From: Longimicrobiales bacterium
GTDB lineage: Bacteria > Gemmatimonadota > Gemmatimonadetes > Longimicrobiales > Gaopeijiaceae
NCBI GenBank assembly: GCA_965248625.1
Contig: OZ252109.1
Span: 499,424 to 563,423, forward strand
Reading direction: 5' to 3'
DNA: 64,000 nucleotides
A program made the translations under genes and the position numbers. The first letter of the stretch is position 1, and every line of letters starts with the position of its first letter. This document shows positions 1 through 10,764 of this stretch, one piece after another. Under the pieces are notes generated by a model. That model did not search any database and was not told the DNA's origin. It saw only the letters and a list, made by a program, of their open reading frames with translations.

Positions 1-837
1 CTGCTCGTGATCCTTGGCGCGGACCTCGACGAGGAGTTCACGCCGGTCAGCACGTTCGAGGTGCTCGAGCCGGAGTTGTTGTCAGAGGCTCAGCTCGTCG
101 CCATGGCGCTCGAGCGCAACCCCGGCCTCATCGCCGAACGCGCGACGGAGACGGTGGCGGAGCGCGACGTGAGGATCGCCCGCTCCTCCTACTACCCCTC
201 GCTCTCCCTTTCAGCCGGACTCAGCGGATTCACGCGAGAGGCCTCCAGCGCGGACTTCATGGTACAGCAGGCCCAAGCCAGCGCCTTCGGGCAACAACAG
301 CAGTGCGCCGCGCTGAACCAGGTGCTCGTGAGGTTGGCGGACCCGTTGCCGACCCAGGACTGCAGCGCGTTCGCGCTGACCTCGGCGCAAGAGCAGGCGA
401 TCCTGGACCAGAACAGCGTATTCCCGTTCGACTTCACCAAGCAGCCCCCCTCGGCCTCGCTCACCTTGAGTGTACCGGTATTCCAGGGGCTGAGCCGCCA
501 ACTGCAACTGGAGGCCGCCCAGGCCGATCGCGAAGACGCCCGCCACCGGATCCGAGGTGCCGAGCTCGACCTTCGCGCCCAGATCGCTTCCAGCCTTGCG
601 GCGGTCCGGACGGCGTTCGAAACGGAGCGTATCGAGCAACGCAACCAAGCAGTGGCGGCTGAGCAACTCCGGCTCGCCACGGAGCAATACCGCGTTGGTT
701 CGGCGAGCTTTCTCGACCTGGTCGAAGCAGAGACGGTGAAAGCTCAGGCCGACCGGGAGCGCATTGCCGCGATCTACACGTACCACGACCTTCTGGCGAA
801 CCTCGAAGCCCTGGTCGGCGCGAGGTTACGCGACTGA
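1..837 (+). CDS. TolC-family outer membrane efflux protein, C-terminal part (5' end lies outside the window)
   Basis: The frame is open from base 1. Coiled-coil/helical repeats (LEAAQADREDARHRIRGAELDLRAQIAS...EQLRLATEQYRVGSASFLDLVEAE) are typical of the OMF/TolC C-terminal half. It is followed by an adaptor and permeases. Confidence 0.75.
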   Translation: MLVILGADLDEEFTPVSTFEVLEPELLSEAQLVAMALERNPGLIAERATETVAERDVRIARSSYYPSLSLSAGLSGFTREASSADFMVQQAQASAFGQQQQCAALNQVLVRLADPLPTQDCSAFALTSAQEQAILDQNSVFPFDFTKQPPSASLTLSVPVFQGLSRQLQLEAAQADREDARHRIRGAELDLRAQIASSLAAVRTAFETERIEQRNQAVAAEQLRLATEQYRVGSASFLDLVEAETVKAQADRERIAAIYTYHDLLANLEALVGARLRD

Positions 838-974
838 GCGGCTCGCGCAGCCGATGATGCGCGGGAACGGCGACCGGAGTCGGAGTCCGTAACGGAAGGG
901 CGACGCGATGAGCCCGTCGCGGGTGGGAGCCCTCGCGAGGCGTTGACTACACGAATAGGGGAACCTAGAGCGAA

Positions 975-2282
975 ATGACCCGTCGAAAGAAGATCGTGAT
1001 CGGAGTGGTCGTCGTGGCGGTGATCTCGGCCGCAGCCGCCGTGAGCACTGTTCGATCGCGCGACAGGGGCGTCGAGGTCCGGCTTGAGGAAATCGGGCGA
1101 CGAGACCTGGTCGCCACGGTAACAGCGAGTGGAAACATCAGGGCCAGGCGGACCGTGGACATCAGCTCCGACGTGTCGGGGCGGGTCACACAGCTCAACG
1201 TCGACGAAGGTGACGATGTCGTCGAGGGTCAGGTGCTCCTCAGGATCGACCAAACGCAGTTCCAGGCGGCCAGCGCCCAGTCCCGCGCGACCCTTTCCCA
1301 GCGAGAGGCCCAGGCCTCCCAGCAGAATGCCAACCTCGTCCAGGCCCGACGCGAGCTCAACCGGGTCGCCGGATTGTGGGACCGGGATTCGACGCTCGTC
1401 AGCCGACAACAGGTGGAGGACGCGGAGACGACCTTCGAGGTCTCGGAGTCTCTCTTCGCGGCGGCGGAGCACGGTGTGGCCCAGGCACAGGCGACACTCG
1501 ACGAAGCGGAGGACCGCCTAGCGAAGACCACGATCCGGGCCCCGATCTCGGGCAAGGTGACGCGGCTCAGCATCGAGCTGGGTGAAACCGCAGTCGTTGG
1601 TACGATGAACAACCCCGGCAGCCTGCTCCTGACGATCAGCGACCTTTCGGTGATCGAGGCCGTCATGGAGGTGGACGAGACCGACGTTCCCGAGATCGCC
1701 ATCGGCGACAGCGCGCTGGTGGAGCTCGATGCGTTCCCGGAGATACGCTTCATCGGCATCGTCACCGAGATCGGAAACTCGGCCATCCGTCCCCCTGCGA
1801 GCACTGCAGGCACGGGCCAGACAGCGACGATCGACTTCGAGGTGGTGATCACACTGCGCGATCCGCCCGTGGAGCTCCGTCCCGATCTGTCCGCCACAGC
1901 GGACGTCATCACCGAAACGCGCGAGCACGCGCTCGCGCTTCCGATCATCGCGCTGACCGTACGAGATCTCGCGTCGAGCGACGGCGACGGGCCGGATCCC
2001 GACGACGAGGGTCAGCCGGAGCGTGCAGAGGGGCCCATGGCGCGCTCCCTTCAAGATATCCAGGAGGAAGGCGTCTACGTCGTCGATGACGTCACCGCCC
2101 GATTCGCACCGGTCAAAGTCGGGATCGCGGGTCAGGAGTACTTCGAAGTTCTGTCAGGGCTGAGCGAGGGGGACGTCGTGATCGCCGGTCCCTATCAGCG
2201 GATTCGACAGCTCGAGGACGGGGACGCGGTGCGGGAGGAGGAGGCCGATGAGAACGAGCGTGGAGGACCTAGAGGAGGCTAG
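975..2282 (+). CDS. HlyD/MacA-family periplasmic adaptor (membrane fusion protein)
   Basis: It has an N-terminal TM helix (IVIGVVVVAVISAAAAV), then a biotinyl/lipoyl-like segment, a coiled-coil segment (AQASQQNANLVQARRELNRVAG) and a beta-barrel segment. It sits between an OMF gene and the permeases. Confidence 0.8.
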   Translation: MTRRKKIVIGVVVVAVISAAAAVSTVRSRDRGVEVRLEEIGRRDLVATVTASGNIRARRTVDISSDVSGRVTQLNVDEGDDVVEGQVLLRIDQTQFQAASAQSRATLSQREAQASQQNANLVQARRELNRVAGLWDRDSTLVSRQQVEDAETTFEVSESLFAAAEHGVAQAQATLDEAEDRLAKTTIRAPISGKVTRLSIELGETAVVGTMNNPGSLLLTISDLSVIEAVMEVDETDVPEIAIGDSALVELDAFPEIRFIGIVTEIGNSAIRPPASTAGTGQTATIDFEVVITLRDPPVELRPDLSATADVITETREHALALPIIALTVRDLASSDGDGPDPDDEGQPERAEGPMARSLQDIQEEGVYVVDDVTARFAPVKVGIAGQEYFEVLSGLSEGDVVIAGPYQRIRQLEDGDAVREEEADENERGGPRGG

Positions 2283-2321
2283 CGTGGGCGTCCATTCGAC
2301 GGCAGCGGGCACGAGGTAAGC

Positions 2322-3563
<1,242 letters not shown>

Positions 3564-3585
3564 CGGAAGGACGCGAGGAGGCTGG

Positions 3586-4857
3586 ATGCCGCGGCTGAAT
3601 ACGCTCGACGAAGGCGTGATGATCGCGCTCGACGCGATCCGGGCCAACAAGGGGCGCTCGGCGCTCACGATGCTCGGCGTGGCGATCGGCGTGGCCGTCG
3701 TGGTGACGATGGCAGCTCTGATCACGGGCATCCGCACGAGCATCTTCGAAGCCTTCGAAGCGTCCGGCCCAGAGAACTTCTTCGTGATGCCCTTCGACTT
3801 CACCGAGGTTCGCCTGGTCAACGACGGAGGCGGCCGGCCGCCTTGGTGGGACCGACCCGACCTGACACATGAGGAAATCCGGCGGATCGAACGCCTTCCC
3901 GGCGTTCTCGAGGCGGTGGTGGACTTCGACTTCGGCGTGACGATGTCGTTCGAAGGGCGTCGCGTGGAAGGCGTCCAATCGAGTGGCAATTCGGCGGGGT
4001 GGCCATCGTACTCCGTCGGCGACTTCTCGGCGGGTCGAAACTTCCTGCCGGCAGAGGTCGAGCAGGCACGGGCCGTGGTCGTGCTTTCGCGCCCTCTCGC
4101 CGAGGAATTGTTCGGCCAGCGGGACCCCGTGGGTCGCCGGATCCGTGTGGCATCCGGCCGGCGCGGCGTGAACCCACTCTTCACCGTTGCGGGCGTCTAC
4201 GACCTCAAGGACAACGTCTTCGCCCAGGCCGTCGAGCACTTCGCGATCTTCCCGTGGACCGCGGCCGAGAAGCGTCTCAAGGCCAGGAATCCGTTCCAGA
4301 ACTTCCTGGGGCTCGTAGTCGTGCCGGCTCCGGGGTTCTCGCGCGACGAGAGCAAGGACCAGGTGACCGGAGTCCTGCGCTCAATGAGGGGCCTCGGCCC
4401 CGCTGAGGACAACAACTTCGCGCTGATCGAATCCGAACAGGTCATCGCGACGTTCAACCAGCTCACGGGCGTGTTCTTCCTGGTCATGATCGCCCTTTCC
4501 TCGGTAGGTCTCATGGTCGGGGGGATCGGCGTGATCGGCATCATGATGATATCCGTAACCGAGCGGACCCGAGAGATCGGAATCCGTAAGGCGGTAGGAG
4601 CGACCCGGGGCGAGATCCTGTGGCAGTTCCTGGTGGAGGCCTCCGTCCTCACGGTGCTCGGTGGCGCGGCGGGCATGGTCATTGGGGCAGTCGCGGCGAA
4701 CGGCGTAGCGTCCGCCACCCCGATTCCAGCTGCCATCCCCATCTGGTCGGTCGCCGCCGCGCTGGGATCCGCCGTCGTGACGGGGATGCTCTTCGGACTG
4801 TTCCCTGCCCTACGCGCGGCGCGCATGGAACCGGTGGACGCCCTCCGCCACGAATAG
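3586..4857 (+). CDS. ABC transporter permease, MacB/FtsX family (paralog of the upstream gene)
   Basis: It has the same architecture (GRSALTMLGVAIGVAVVV ... ERTREIGIRKAVGATRGEIL). Confidence 0.85.
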   Translation: MPRLNTLDEGVMIALDAIRANKGRSALTMLGVAIGVAVVVTMAALITGIRTSIFEAFEASGPENFFVMPFDFTEVRLVNDGGGRPPWWDRPDLTHEEIRRIERLPGVLEAVVDFDFGVTMSFEGRRVEGVQSSGNSAGWPSYSVGDFSAGRNFLPAEVEQARAVVVLSRPLAEELFGQRDPVGRRIRVASGRRGVNPLFTVAGVYDLKDNVFAQAVEHFAIFPWTAAEKRLKARNPFQNFLGLVVVPAPGFSRDESKDQVTGVLRSMRGLGPAEDNNFALIESEQVIATFNQLTGVFFLVMIALSSVGLMVGGIGVIGIMMISVTERTREIGIRKAVGATRGEILWQFLVEASVLTVLGGAAGMVIGAVAANGVASATPIPAAIPIWSVAAALGSAVVTGMLFGLFPALRAARMEPVDALRHE

Positions 4858-4888
4858 GCGCACCCTCCTCCGCCCCCATCCCGACTCC

Positions 4889-5614
4889 ATGATCGAACCA
4901 CTTGACGTGCTCGCCATCATGGCCCACCCGGACGACGCGGAGCTCGCGGTCGGTGGCACCCTCATCCGGAGCGCCGAAGCCGGCGAGCGAACCGGGGTGC
5001 TCGACCTCACCCGCGGCGAGATGGGCACGCTCGGATCGCCGGAGGTCCGCGAAGGTGAAGCCAACCGGGCCGCCGAAGTCATGGCCCTCGCCGTGAGGCG
5101 AAACGCGGGTCTGCCGGACGGCGGGCTCGAGAACACTGCGGAGGCGCGCTCCGTGGTGGCGGGCATCATACGGGAGCTCCGACCGCGCGTCGTCGTTACG
5201 CACTGGATCCAGGGTCGCCACCGCGATCACCGTATCGCCGCGGAGCTCGCCTACGACGCGTCGTTCCTCGCCGGCCTCAAACGGCTGGATGCTCCCGGAG
5301 AGCCGTTCCGACCCGTGACGCTCGTGCACGCCACCGCCGGGCGCGAAGACGCGGTGCCACCCTCATTCTGCGTGGACATCTCGCCTCAGATGGAGCGTAA
5401 GATGGAGGCCGTTGCCTGCTACGAGTCACAGTTCGACGGATTGACGCAGGCCGGAGAGATTTTCCCGGGGGGCTCCCGTCCGCTGTTTGAGCAGATCCGC
5501 ACCGAGTGCGCACACTACGGCTCGCTGATTCGCGTTCGCTTCGCTGAGCCTTTCCGGAGCCGGGAAGCGCTCGCCGTCGAGACACTAGGAGCGCTCTCGG
5601 TCTCTACCTTTTGA
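4889..5614 (+). CDS. PIG-L/LmbE family N-acetylglucosaminyl deacetylase (BshB1-like)
   Basis: The MAHPDDAEL motif, ...HRDH... and the overall length match the LmbE fold. Confidence 0.75.
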   Translation: MIEPLDVLAIMAHPDDAELAVGGTLIRSAEAGERTGVLDLTRGEMGTLGSPEVREGEANRAAEVMALAVRRNAGLPDGGLENTAEARSVVAGIIRELRPRVVVTHWIQGRHRDHRIAAELAYDASFLAGLKRLDAPGEPFRPVTLVHATAGREDAVPPSFCVDISPQMERKMEAVACYESQFDGLTQAGEIFPGGSRPLFEQIRTECAHYGSLIRVRFAEPFRSREALAVETLGALSVSTF

Positions 5615-6051
5615 CGACGTTCCGTGAGCGAACATCTCGTCACGTCGCCCAGGGGGGGGTCGGAGTCCGCGAGCGGCTCGTCATCGTCCGCGAGGCAGCG
5701 CACCTCCAGGATCAGGCGGCGCCAGCTGGGGACGTCGGCTCCACCCACCCGAAAGGCCCGGGCACGCGCGCGACCGCCCGCGAGCAGCCACGGAGCCAGC
5801 CAATAGGCGATTTCGGGAGGCAAGTGACCCACCGGGTCGCCCGAAGCCAGGTGGACCCAAACGGCCGGCTCATCGTCCCCGGGCGGGTCGGGGATCAGAA
5901 CGAGCGGATCTCCCGGGTTGAGCTCCGTGAGGTGTCGATCCCTACCGGCGAACACCGTTCCGTGCACCGTAGCCCTGAATCGAGCGGGCGGTTCGGCGGA
6001 GGTCGGGGGTCGTGCCGTCATCAAGAGTCCTAGACGAGGAATCGCTGGCAA
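5515..6051 (-). CDS. HIRAN-domain protein (small, standalone)
   Basis: GTVFAGRDRHLTELNPGDPLVLIPDPPGDDEPAVWVHLASGDPVGHLPPEIAYWLAPWL fits the HIRAN consensus. Codon GC3 is high except in the last ~30 codons, which overlap the 3' end of the LmbE gene by 100 bp. Confidence 0.45.
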   Translation of the reverse strand: MPAIPRLGLLMTARPPTSAEPPARFRATVHGTVFAGRDRHLTELNPGDPLVLIPDPPGDDEPAVWVHLASGDPVGHLPPEIAYWLAPWLLAGGRARARAFRVGGADVPSWRRLILEVRCLADDDEPLADSDPPLGDVTRCSLTERRQKVETESAPSVSTASASRLRKGSAKRTRISEP

Positions 6052-6168
6052 CCTCCGCCATGGCGGTCGCTGACGACGCGTGGGCGAGCCACGTTGCGGG
6101 CGTAGCGAACTGTTAAGTTAGACGACGTGCCACCCCCCGCCAACGCAGTTGAGGACTGGACCCTCGAC

Positions 6169-7386
6169 ATGACTGAACCCATCTACCTCGATCACGCGGC
6201 CACCACACCTCTCCGCCCGGAGGTGTTCGCAGCCATGCGTCCGCACCTCGTCGAAGGGTTCGGCAACCCCTCGAGCGCGCATCGTTGGGGACGCCAGGCG
6301 CGCGCGGCGCTGGACGAGGCCCGGGCGACGTGTGCGATGGCGCTCGGCGTCGCAGACACCGAGATCCTGTTCGTCCGAGGCGGGACCGAGGCAGACAACC
6401 TGGCGGTGCTGGGCCGGACTGGAGCGGCAGTGGAGGCCGGCGCCCGGCCCCGCGTGATCGGAACCACCATCGAGCACCCAGCGATTCGAGACGCGATCGA
6501 GCGCGTCCAAGAGCTGGGAGGAGATGCCGTCCTCGTGGAGGTCGGGCCCGACGGAGGCATCGATTGGGACGGGCTCGACGAGGCGCTTCAGGGGGGAGCG
6601 GCGGTGGTCTCCGTCATGTGGGTGAACAACGAAGTGGGCACCGTCCTCCCGGTGGAGCGTATCGCGGCCAGGGCTCGCGAGGCAGGCGTCTCCATGCACT
6701 CGGACGCTGTGCAGGCCGTCGGGAAGCTCCCGGTCGATCTCGGGCGGGCTGACCTCGATCTCGCCTCGGTGACGGCGCACAAGATCGGCGGCCCCATGGG
6801 TGTGGGGATCCTCTACCGGCGCACCGGAGTGGCGCTGTCGCCCCTCCTGTTCGGCGGAGGCCAGGAACAGCGCATCAGGCCGGGCACCGAGGACGTGGCT
6901 GGTGCCGTCGGGCTGGCCGAAGCGTTGAGGTTGGCCGTGGACGAACAGACCGCCGAGGGAGCTCGCCTCGAGGCCGAGCGTGACCGACTCCAGGACGTGA
7001 TCACGAGTCGGCTGCCGGGCGCTAGAGTGCATGGCGCCGATGGTGAACGGGCTCCCCACATCTTGAACGTGGGCTTTCCCGGGCTGGACGCGCAGACGCT
7101 CATCATGGCGTTCGACCTCGAGGGGTTGGCGGTGTCGGGAGGATCGGCATGCTCCAGCGGCAGCACGCAGACGAGCCCGATCCTGCGTGCAATGTACGGC
7201 CCAGCGGCCGAGGGATTCGCGCCGGTCCGCTTCAGCTTGGGGCATACAACGGGGACGGATGATGTCAATGAGGCCGCCGAGCGCACTATCCGCATCGTAG
7301 AGCGGGCCCGCACGCTCGCCGCAACCGGCCTAGGGGGGCGCCGGGACGTGCCTCAATCGCCGCCCGTGCCGCAATCCCCACCGTGA
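6169..7386 (+). CDS. iscS: cysteine desulfurase (IscS/NifS)
   Basis: PIYLDHAATTP, the PLP-dependent class V fold and SGGSACSS active-site Cys region are present. The ORF opens at 6127, but ATG 6169 (MTEPIYLD) matches IscS N-termini. Confidence 0.88.
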   Translation: MTEPIYLDHAATTPLRPEVFAAMRPHLVEGFGNPSSAHRWGRQARAALDEARATCAMALGVADTEILFVRGGTEADNLAVLGRTGAAVEAGARPRVIGTTIEHPAIRDAIERVQELGGDAVLVEVGPDGGIDWDGLDEALQGGAAVVSVMWVNNEVGTVLPVERIAARAREAGVSMHSDAVQAVGKLPVDLGRADLDLASVTAHKIGGPMGVGILYRRTGVALSPLLFGGGQEQRIRPGTEDVAGAVGLAEALRLAVDEQTAEGARLEAERDRLQDVITSRLPGARVHGADGERAPHILNVGFPGLDAQTLIMAFDLEGLAVSGGSACSSGSTQTSPILRAMYGPAAEGFAPVRFSLGHTTGTDDVNEAAERTIRIVERARTLAATGLGGRRDVPQSPPVPQSPP

Positions 7387-7399
7387 CTCAGAATCAAGC

Positions 7400-8548
7400 A
7401 TGACTCAACCGCTGAACGGGCCTCCGAAGCGGATCCTCGTCGCGATGTCTGGGGGAGTCGATTCATCAGTCGCGGCGGCGCTACTCAAGGAGCAGGGTCA
7501 CGACCTCGTCGGCGCGACGATGAAGACCTTCTGCTATCAAGAGGAGCCCGGACCCAGCCGGACGTGTTGCGGTCTGGACGGCATCATGGACGCTCGGCGC
7601 GTCGCTGACCGCCTCGGCTTCCCCCACTACGTATTCGACGTCGAAGAGGACTTCACGCGAGACGTCATCGACGATTTCGTGTCCGAGTACGCTCGGGGGC
7701 GCACCCCGAACCCGTGCGTCCGGTGCAACTCGAACACGAAGTTCCGCGACCTCCTGCGCCGTGGAGCGGTCCTCGGTTGCGACGCGGTCGCTTCGGGCCA
7801 CTACGTGCGCTCCGAGCCCAACGGTACGGAGTCGGCCCTCCTTCGGGGCCTCGATCGCGCCAAGGACCAGTCCTATTTCCTATGGGGCCTGCCCCGCGAC
7901 ATGCTGCCGAAGCTGAGCTTTCCACTGGGGTCCCTGACGAAAGCCGAGGTACGTTCCCGCGCCCGCGACCTGGGGCTGGTCACGGCCGACAAGCCCGAGT
8001 CACAGGAGATCTGCTTCGTCCCCACGGGCGATTACCGAGACCTGCTCGGCCGACGGCTGGGGCCCGTGCACGAGGCCCTTCAGCCCGGTAACCTCGTCGA
8101 CCGCGGGGGTCGGGTCGTCGGTCGGCACGACGGGTATGCGGGGTTCACTGTCGGTCAGCGCCGAGGACTCGGCGGTGGATTCGATCGACCGCTGTACGTG
8201 CTCGAGATCCGGCCCGACAAGCGCGAAGTGGTGGTTGGCGAGCGCCACGAGCTGCTCGGCCAAGGTGTGTTGATCGGGGAGCTGAACTGGCTCACGCGGT
8301 CGAAGCCCCCAGACGGAACCGAGCTGGACGTCCAGCTTCGGTATCGCGCGCCAGCAGTGCCCGGTGTGATCCGGTACGGGGCTGAAGGGGTCGAGGTGAG
8401 CTTACACGAAGCAGCCACCGCGATCACCCCGGGGCAGTCGGCGGTATTCTTCTCCGGGGAGCGGGTTCTTGGGGGCGGCCGAATCGTACGTGCAGCGCGA
8501 GGCAGGCAGGCCTCCACGCCAGTAGTGTCGGCCGCAAATCAGAGCTAA
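7400..8548 (+). CDS. mnmA: tRNA-specific 2-thiouridylase MnmA
   Basis: The ILVAMSGGVDSSVAAALL PP-loop is present and the gene sits immediately downstream of iscS. Confidence 0.9.
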   Translation: MTQPLNGPPKRILVAMSGGVDSSVAAALLKEQGHDLVGATMKTFCYQEEPGPSRTCCGLDGIMDARRVADRLGFPHYVFDVEEDFTRDVIDDFVSEYARGRTPNPCVRCNSNTKFRDLLRRGAVLGCDAVASGHYVRSEPNGTESALLRGLDRAKDQSYFLWGLPRDMLPKLSFPLGSLTKAEVRSRARDLGLVTADKPESQEICFVPTGDYRDLLGRRLGPVHEALQPGNLVDRGGRVVGRHDGYAGFTVGQRRGLGGGFDRPLYVLEIRPDKREVVVGERHELLGQGVLIGELNWLTRSKPPDGTELDVQLRYRAPAVPGVIRYGAEGVEVSLHEAATAITPGQSAVFFSGERVLGGGRIVRAARGRQASTPVVSAANQS

Positions 8549-8565
8549 CCCGGCCCCCGAGTCCA

Positions 8566-8799
8566 TCAATCCAGCGCGCCGGCCCCTTCCAGAAGACCGA
8601 GAAGCTCGTCGTCGTCCCCGCCCGCCACGAGAGCTTCCGCGTCGGACTTGTCACCGGCGATCTCCACGACGCGCGAGGGCTGGCTTCGATCGGTGCAGCA
8701 GCGGAACACGATCCGGCCTGGCTGGGGGAGCCCGTAGCGCCCGGTCGTGGCGAAGGCCTCCCATTGCTGAAACGATCGGTCCTGGATGATGCGCGGCAT
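8566..8799 (-). CDS. hypothetical small protein (77 aa)
   Basis: GC3-rich codon usage. It lies downstream of dnaJ on the same strand. No recognisable motif. Confidence 0.35.
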   Translation of the reverse strand: MPRIIQDRSFQQWEAFATTGRYGLPQPGRIVFRCCTDRSQPSRVVEIAGDKSDAEALVAGGDDDELLGLLEGAGALD

Positions 8800-8886
8800 T
8801 AGGTGTTCAATCCAAGTGGCTTGTGACGGACGGTTGTCGAGTACCGAGAGGGGGAGGCGCGGAGGCCTGCGATCCGTTACAGGCCA

Positions 8887-9999
8887 CTAGTACTTGAGCC
8901 CGGCGACTTCGGCGAACTGCTTCATGATGTCCTGCTGCTCGGTAGACAGCGCCTCGGGCACCTGCACCTGCACTTCGACGAGCTGATCTCCCTGCTTGGT
9001 TCCCTTGAGGATCCCGTGTCCGCGTACGCGGAATTTCGTTCCAGACTGGGTCCCGGGTGGGACCTTGAGAACGACCTTCTTCCCGTAGACGGTCTTGACC
9101 CGGATTCGCGAGCCGATCGTTGCCTGTGCGACGTTGATCGGAACCGAGACGTGGATATCCAGGCCCTCGCGGTTGAAGAAGCGGTGCGGCTTTACCTTGA
9201 AGGTGATGAGGAGGTCACCGGGCGGCCCCCCTTCGGCGCCGCGCTCCCCCTGCCCAGTCAGGCGAACTTTCGATCCGGTCTCCACGCCTTCGGCGACCGT
9301 TACTTGGATCTTCCGGTTCTGTCGGACTGTCCCACCACCCCCGCACGCCGTGCATGGCGTCTGCGGAATCTTGCCTCGCCCGAAGCACGCGGGACACGGG
9401 CGCTTGACAGCGAATCCCCCCTGTCCGAAGGAAACCGTTCCCGAACCCTTGCACTCGGTGCAACGCTTCGTCTTCGTTCCCGGCTTAGCGCCGCCACCGC
9501 CGCACGTCGCACACTCTTCAGTGATCGGAACCGTAATCGAGATCCGCCCGCCGGTGACCGCGGTCTCGAACGAGATCTCGACGACGTATTCGACGTTCCG
9601 GCCCTTCTTCGGTCCATCGGGCCGCGGGTCGGGCCCCTTTCGGTCGCGATCGAAGATCGAGCCGAAGATGTCACCGAGGCCGCCCAAGCCGCCTAAATCG
9701 TCGAACGAGAAGGTCTCATTCGTGAATCCACCGGTGGGACGTGAGGTGCCGGGCCGGCCGCCGAAGCCGAACGCTCCGAGCCTCCGCATCTGGTCGTACC
9801 GTTTCCGCTTCTTCGCGTCGGAGAGCACCGAATAAGCCTCTCCGATCTCCTTGAAGCGGTCAGCTGCCGAAGCATTGCCGGCGTTGGCGTCCGGATGATA
9901 CTGCTTGGCGAGCTTCCTGTACGCCTTCTTGATCTCGTCGGCGCTGGCCTTCTCGGAAACTCCTAGGACCTTGTAGAAGTCTTTCGTCGCCGTGGACAT
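8887..9999 (-). CDS. dnaJ: molecular chaperone DnaJ
   Basis: The J-domain is present (YKVLGVSEKASADEIKKAYRKLAKQYHPD). It also has a G/F region, 4x CxxCxGxG zinc fingers and a C-terminal domain. Confidence 0.95.
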   Translation of the reverse strand: MSTATKDFYKVLGVSEKASADEIKKAYRKLAKQYHPDANAGNASAADRFKEIGEAYSVLSDAKKRKRYDQMRRLGAFGFGGRPGTSRPTGGFTNETFSFDDLGGLGGLGDIFGSIFDRDRKGPDPRPDGPKKGRNVEYVVEISFETAVTGGRISITVPITEECATCGGGGAKPGTKTKRCTECKGSGTVSFGQGGFAVKRPCPACFGRGKIPQTPCTACGGGGTVRQNRKIQVTVAEGVETGSKVRLTGQGERGAEGGPPGDLLITFKVKPHRFFNREGLDIHVSVPINVAQATIGSRIRVKTVYGKKVVLKVPPGTQSGTKFRVRGHGILKGTKQGDQLVEVQVQVPEALSTEQQDIMKQFAEVAGLKY

Positions 10000-10026
10000 C
10001 AGCTGCTTCTCTCGCGCTGCCGAATG

Positions 10027-10716
10027 CTACCCGTGCTTGCGCACGCTCACGCGCGCGGGGCGCACCAAATGCCCCTTCAAGAGATACCCCCGCTGGAAGA
10101 CCTCATGGACGACATCGTCGTCCTCCTCGGACTCCGCAGCCACCCGCATCATCGCTTCCATCCGTTCCGGGTCGAAATCCTCGCCGACCGGATCAAACAC
10201 CTCCACACCCGCCTCTTCCAGTGCCTTGAGCACCTTCCGCTCCACTAGGTCGACGCCCTCCACAATAGCCTGCACGGTGGCCGTTTCGGGGTCGAGAAGC
10301 GCGACTCGCTGCAAGTCGTCTACAGAGTCGAGCAGCCTCCGGACCAGGTCGGACTGGGCCCGGATCCATGCCTCGCTCATTTCGGTCTGGACGCGTCGCC
10401 GGTAGTTGTCGAATTCGGCTGCGAGGCGGAGGTGCCGGTCGTGCAGGCCATCGAGCTCCTGCTGAACTTCATCGAGCTCCGATCCGAGATGTTCCTCCAC
10501 CTCGCCCAGCGCCTCCTCCGCGGCAATCTCCTCGGCTTGCTCCGGAGAGACCGCAGTATCGAGCCCATCCCCGCCTTCGGCAGACGGCGCAGAGCCGGCT
10601 TCGGAGTCTGGAGCGTATGCGGCCAGGCCCTCCTCTTCCCCCCCTGCCGTGGGGGGCTCCCCGGTGGGCGCTTCTTCCGCTTTGCGAACAATTTCTTCAG
10701 TCATATGCCGTGTCAT
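10027..10716 (-). CDS. grpE: nucleotide exchange factor GrpE
   Basis: LAAEFDNYRRRVQTE and the C-terminal GrpE fold are present. The N-terminus is acidic and low-complexity. Confidence 0.9.
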   Translation of the reverse strand: MTRHMTEEIVRKAEEAPTGEPPTAGGEEEGLAAYAPDSEAGSAPSAEGGDGLDTAVSPEQAEEIAAEEALGEVEEHLGSELDEVQQELDGLHDRHLRLAAEFDNYRRRVQTEMSEAWIRAQSDLVRRLLDSVDDLQRVALLDPETATVQAIVEGVDLVERKVLKALEEAGVEVFDPVGEDFDPERMEAMMRVAAESEEDDDVVHEVFQRGYLLKGHLVRPARVSVRKHG

Positions 10717-10764
10717 CTGCCGATTGCAAGGAAGCCGTAACTTAGCAGCTTTCCGGCGCTGAGG

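Noticed and set aside
10717-10764. TTAGCAGCT…TGAGGTCAC upstream of grpE as a possible CIRCE element
   Set aside because: Only the first half-site partially matches TTAGCACTC. The second half does not match GAGTGCTAA.
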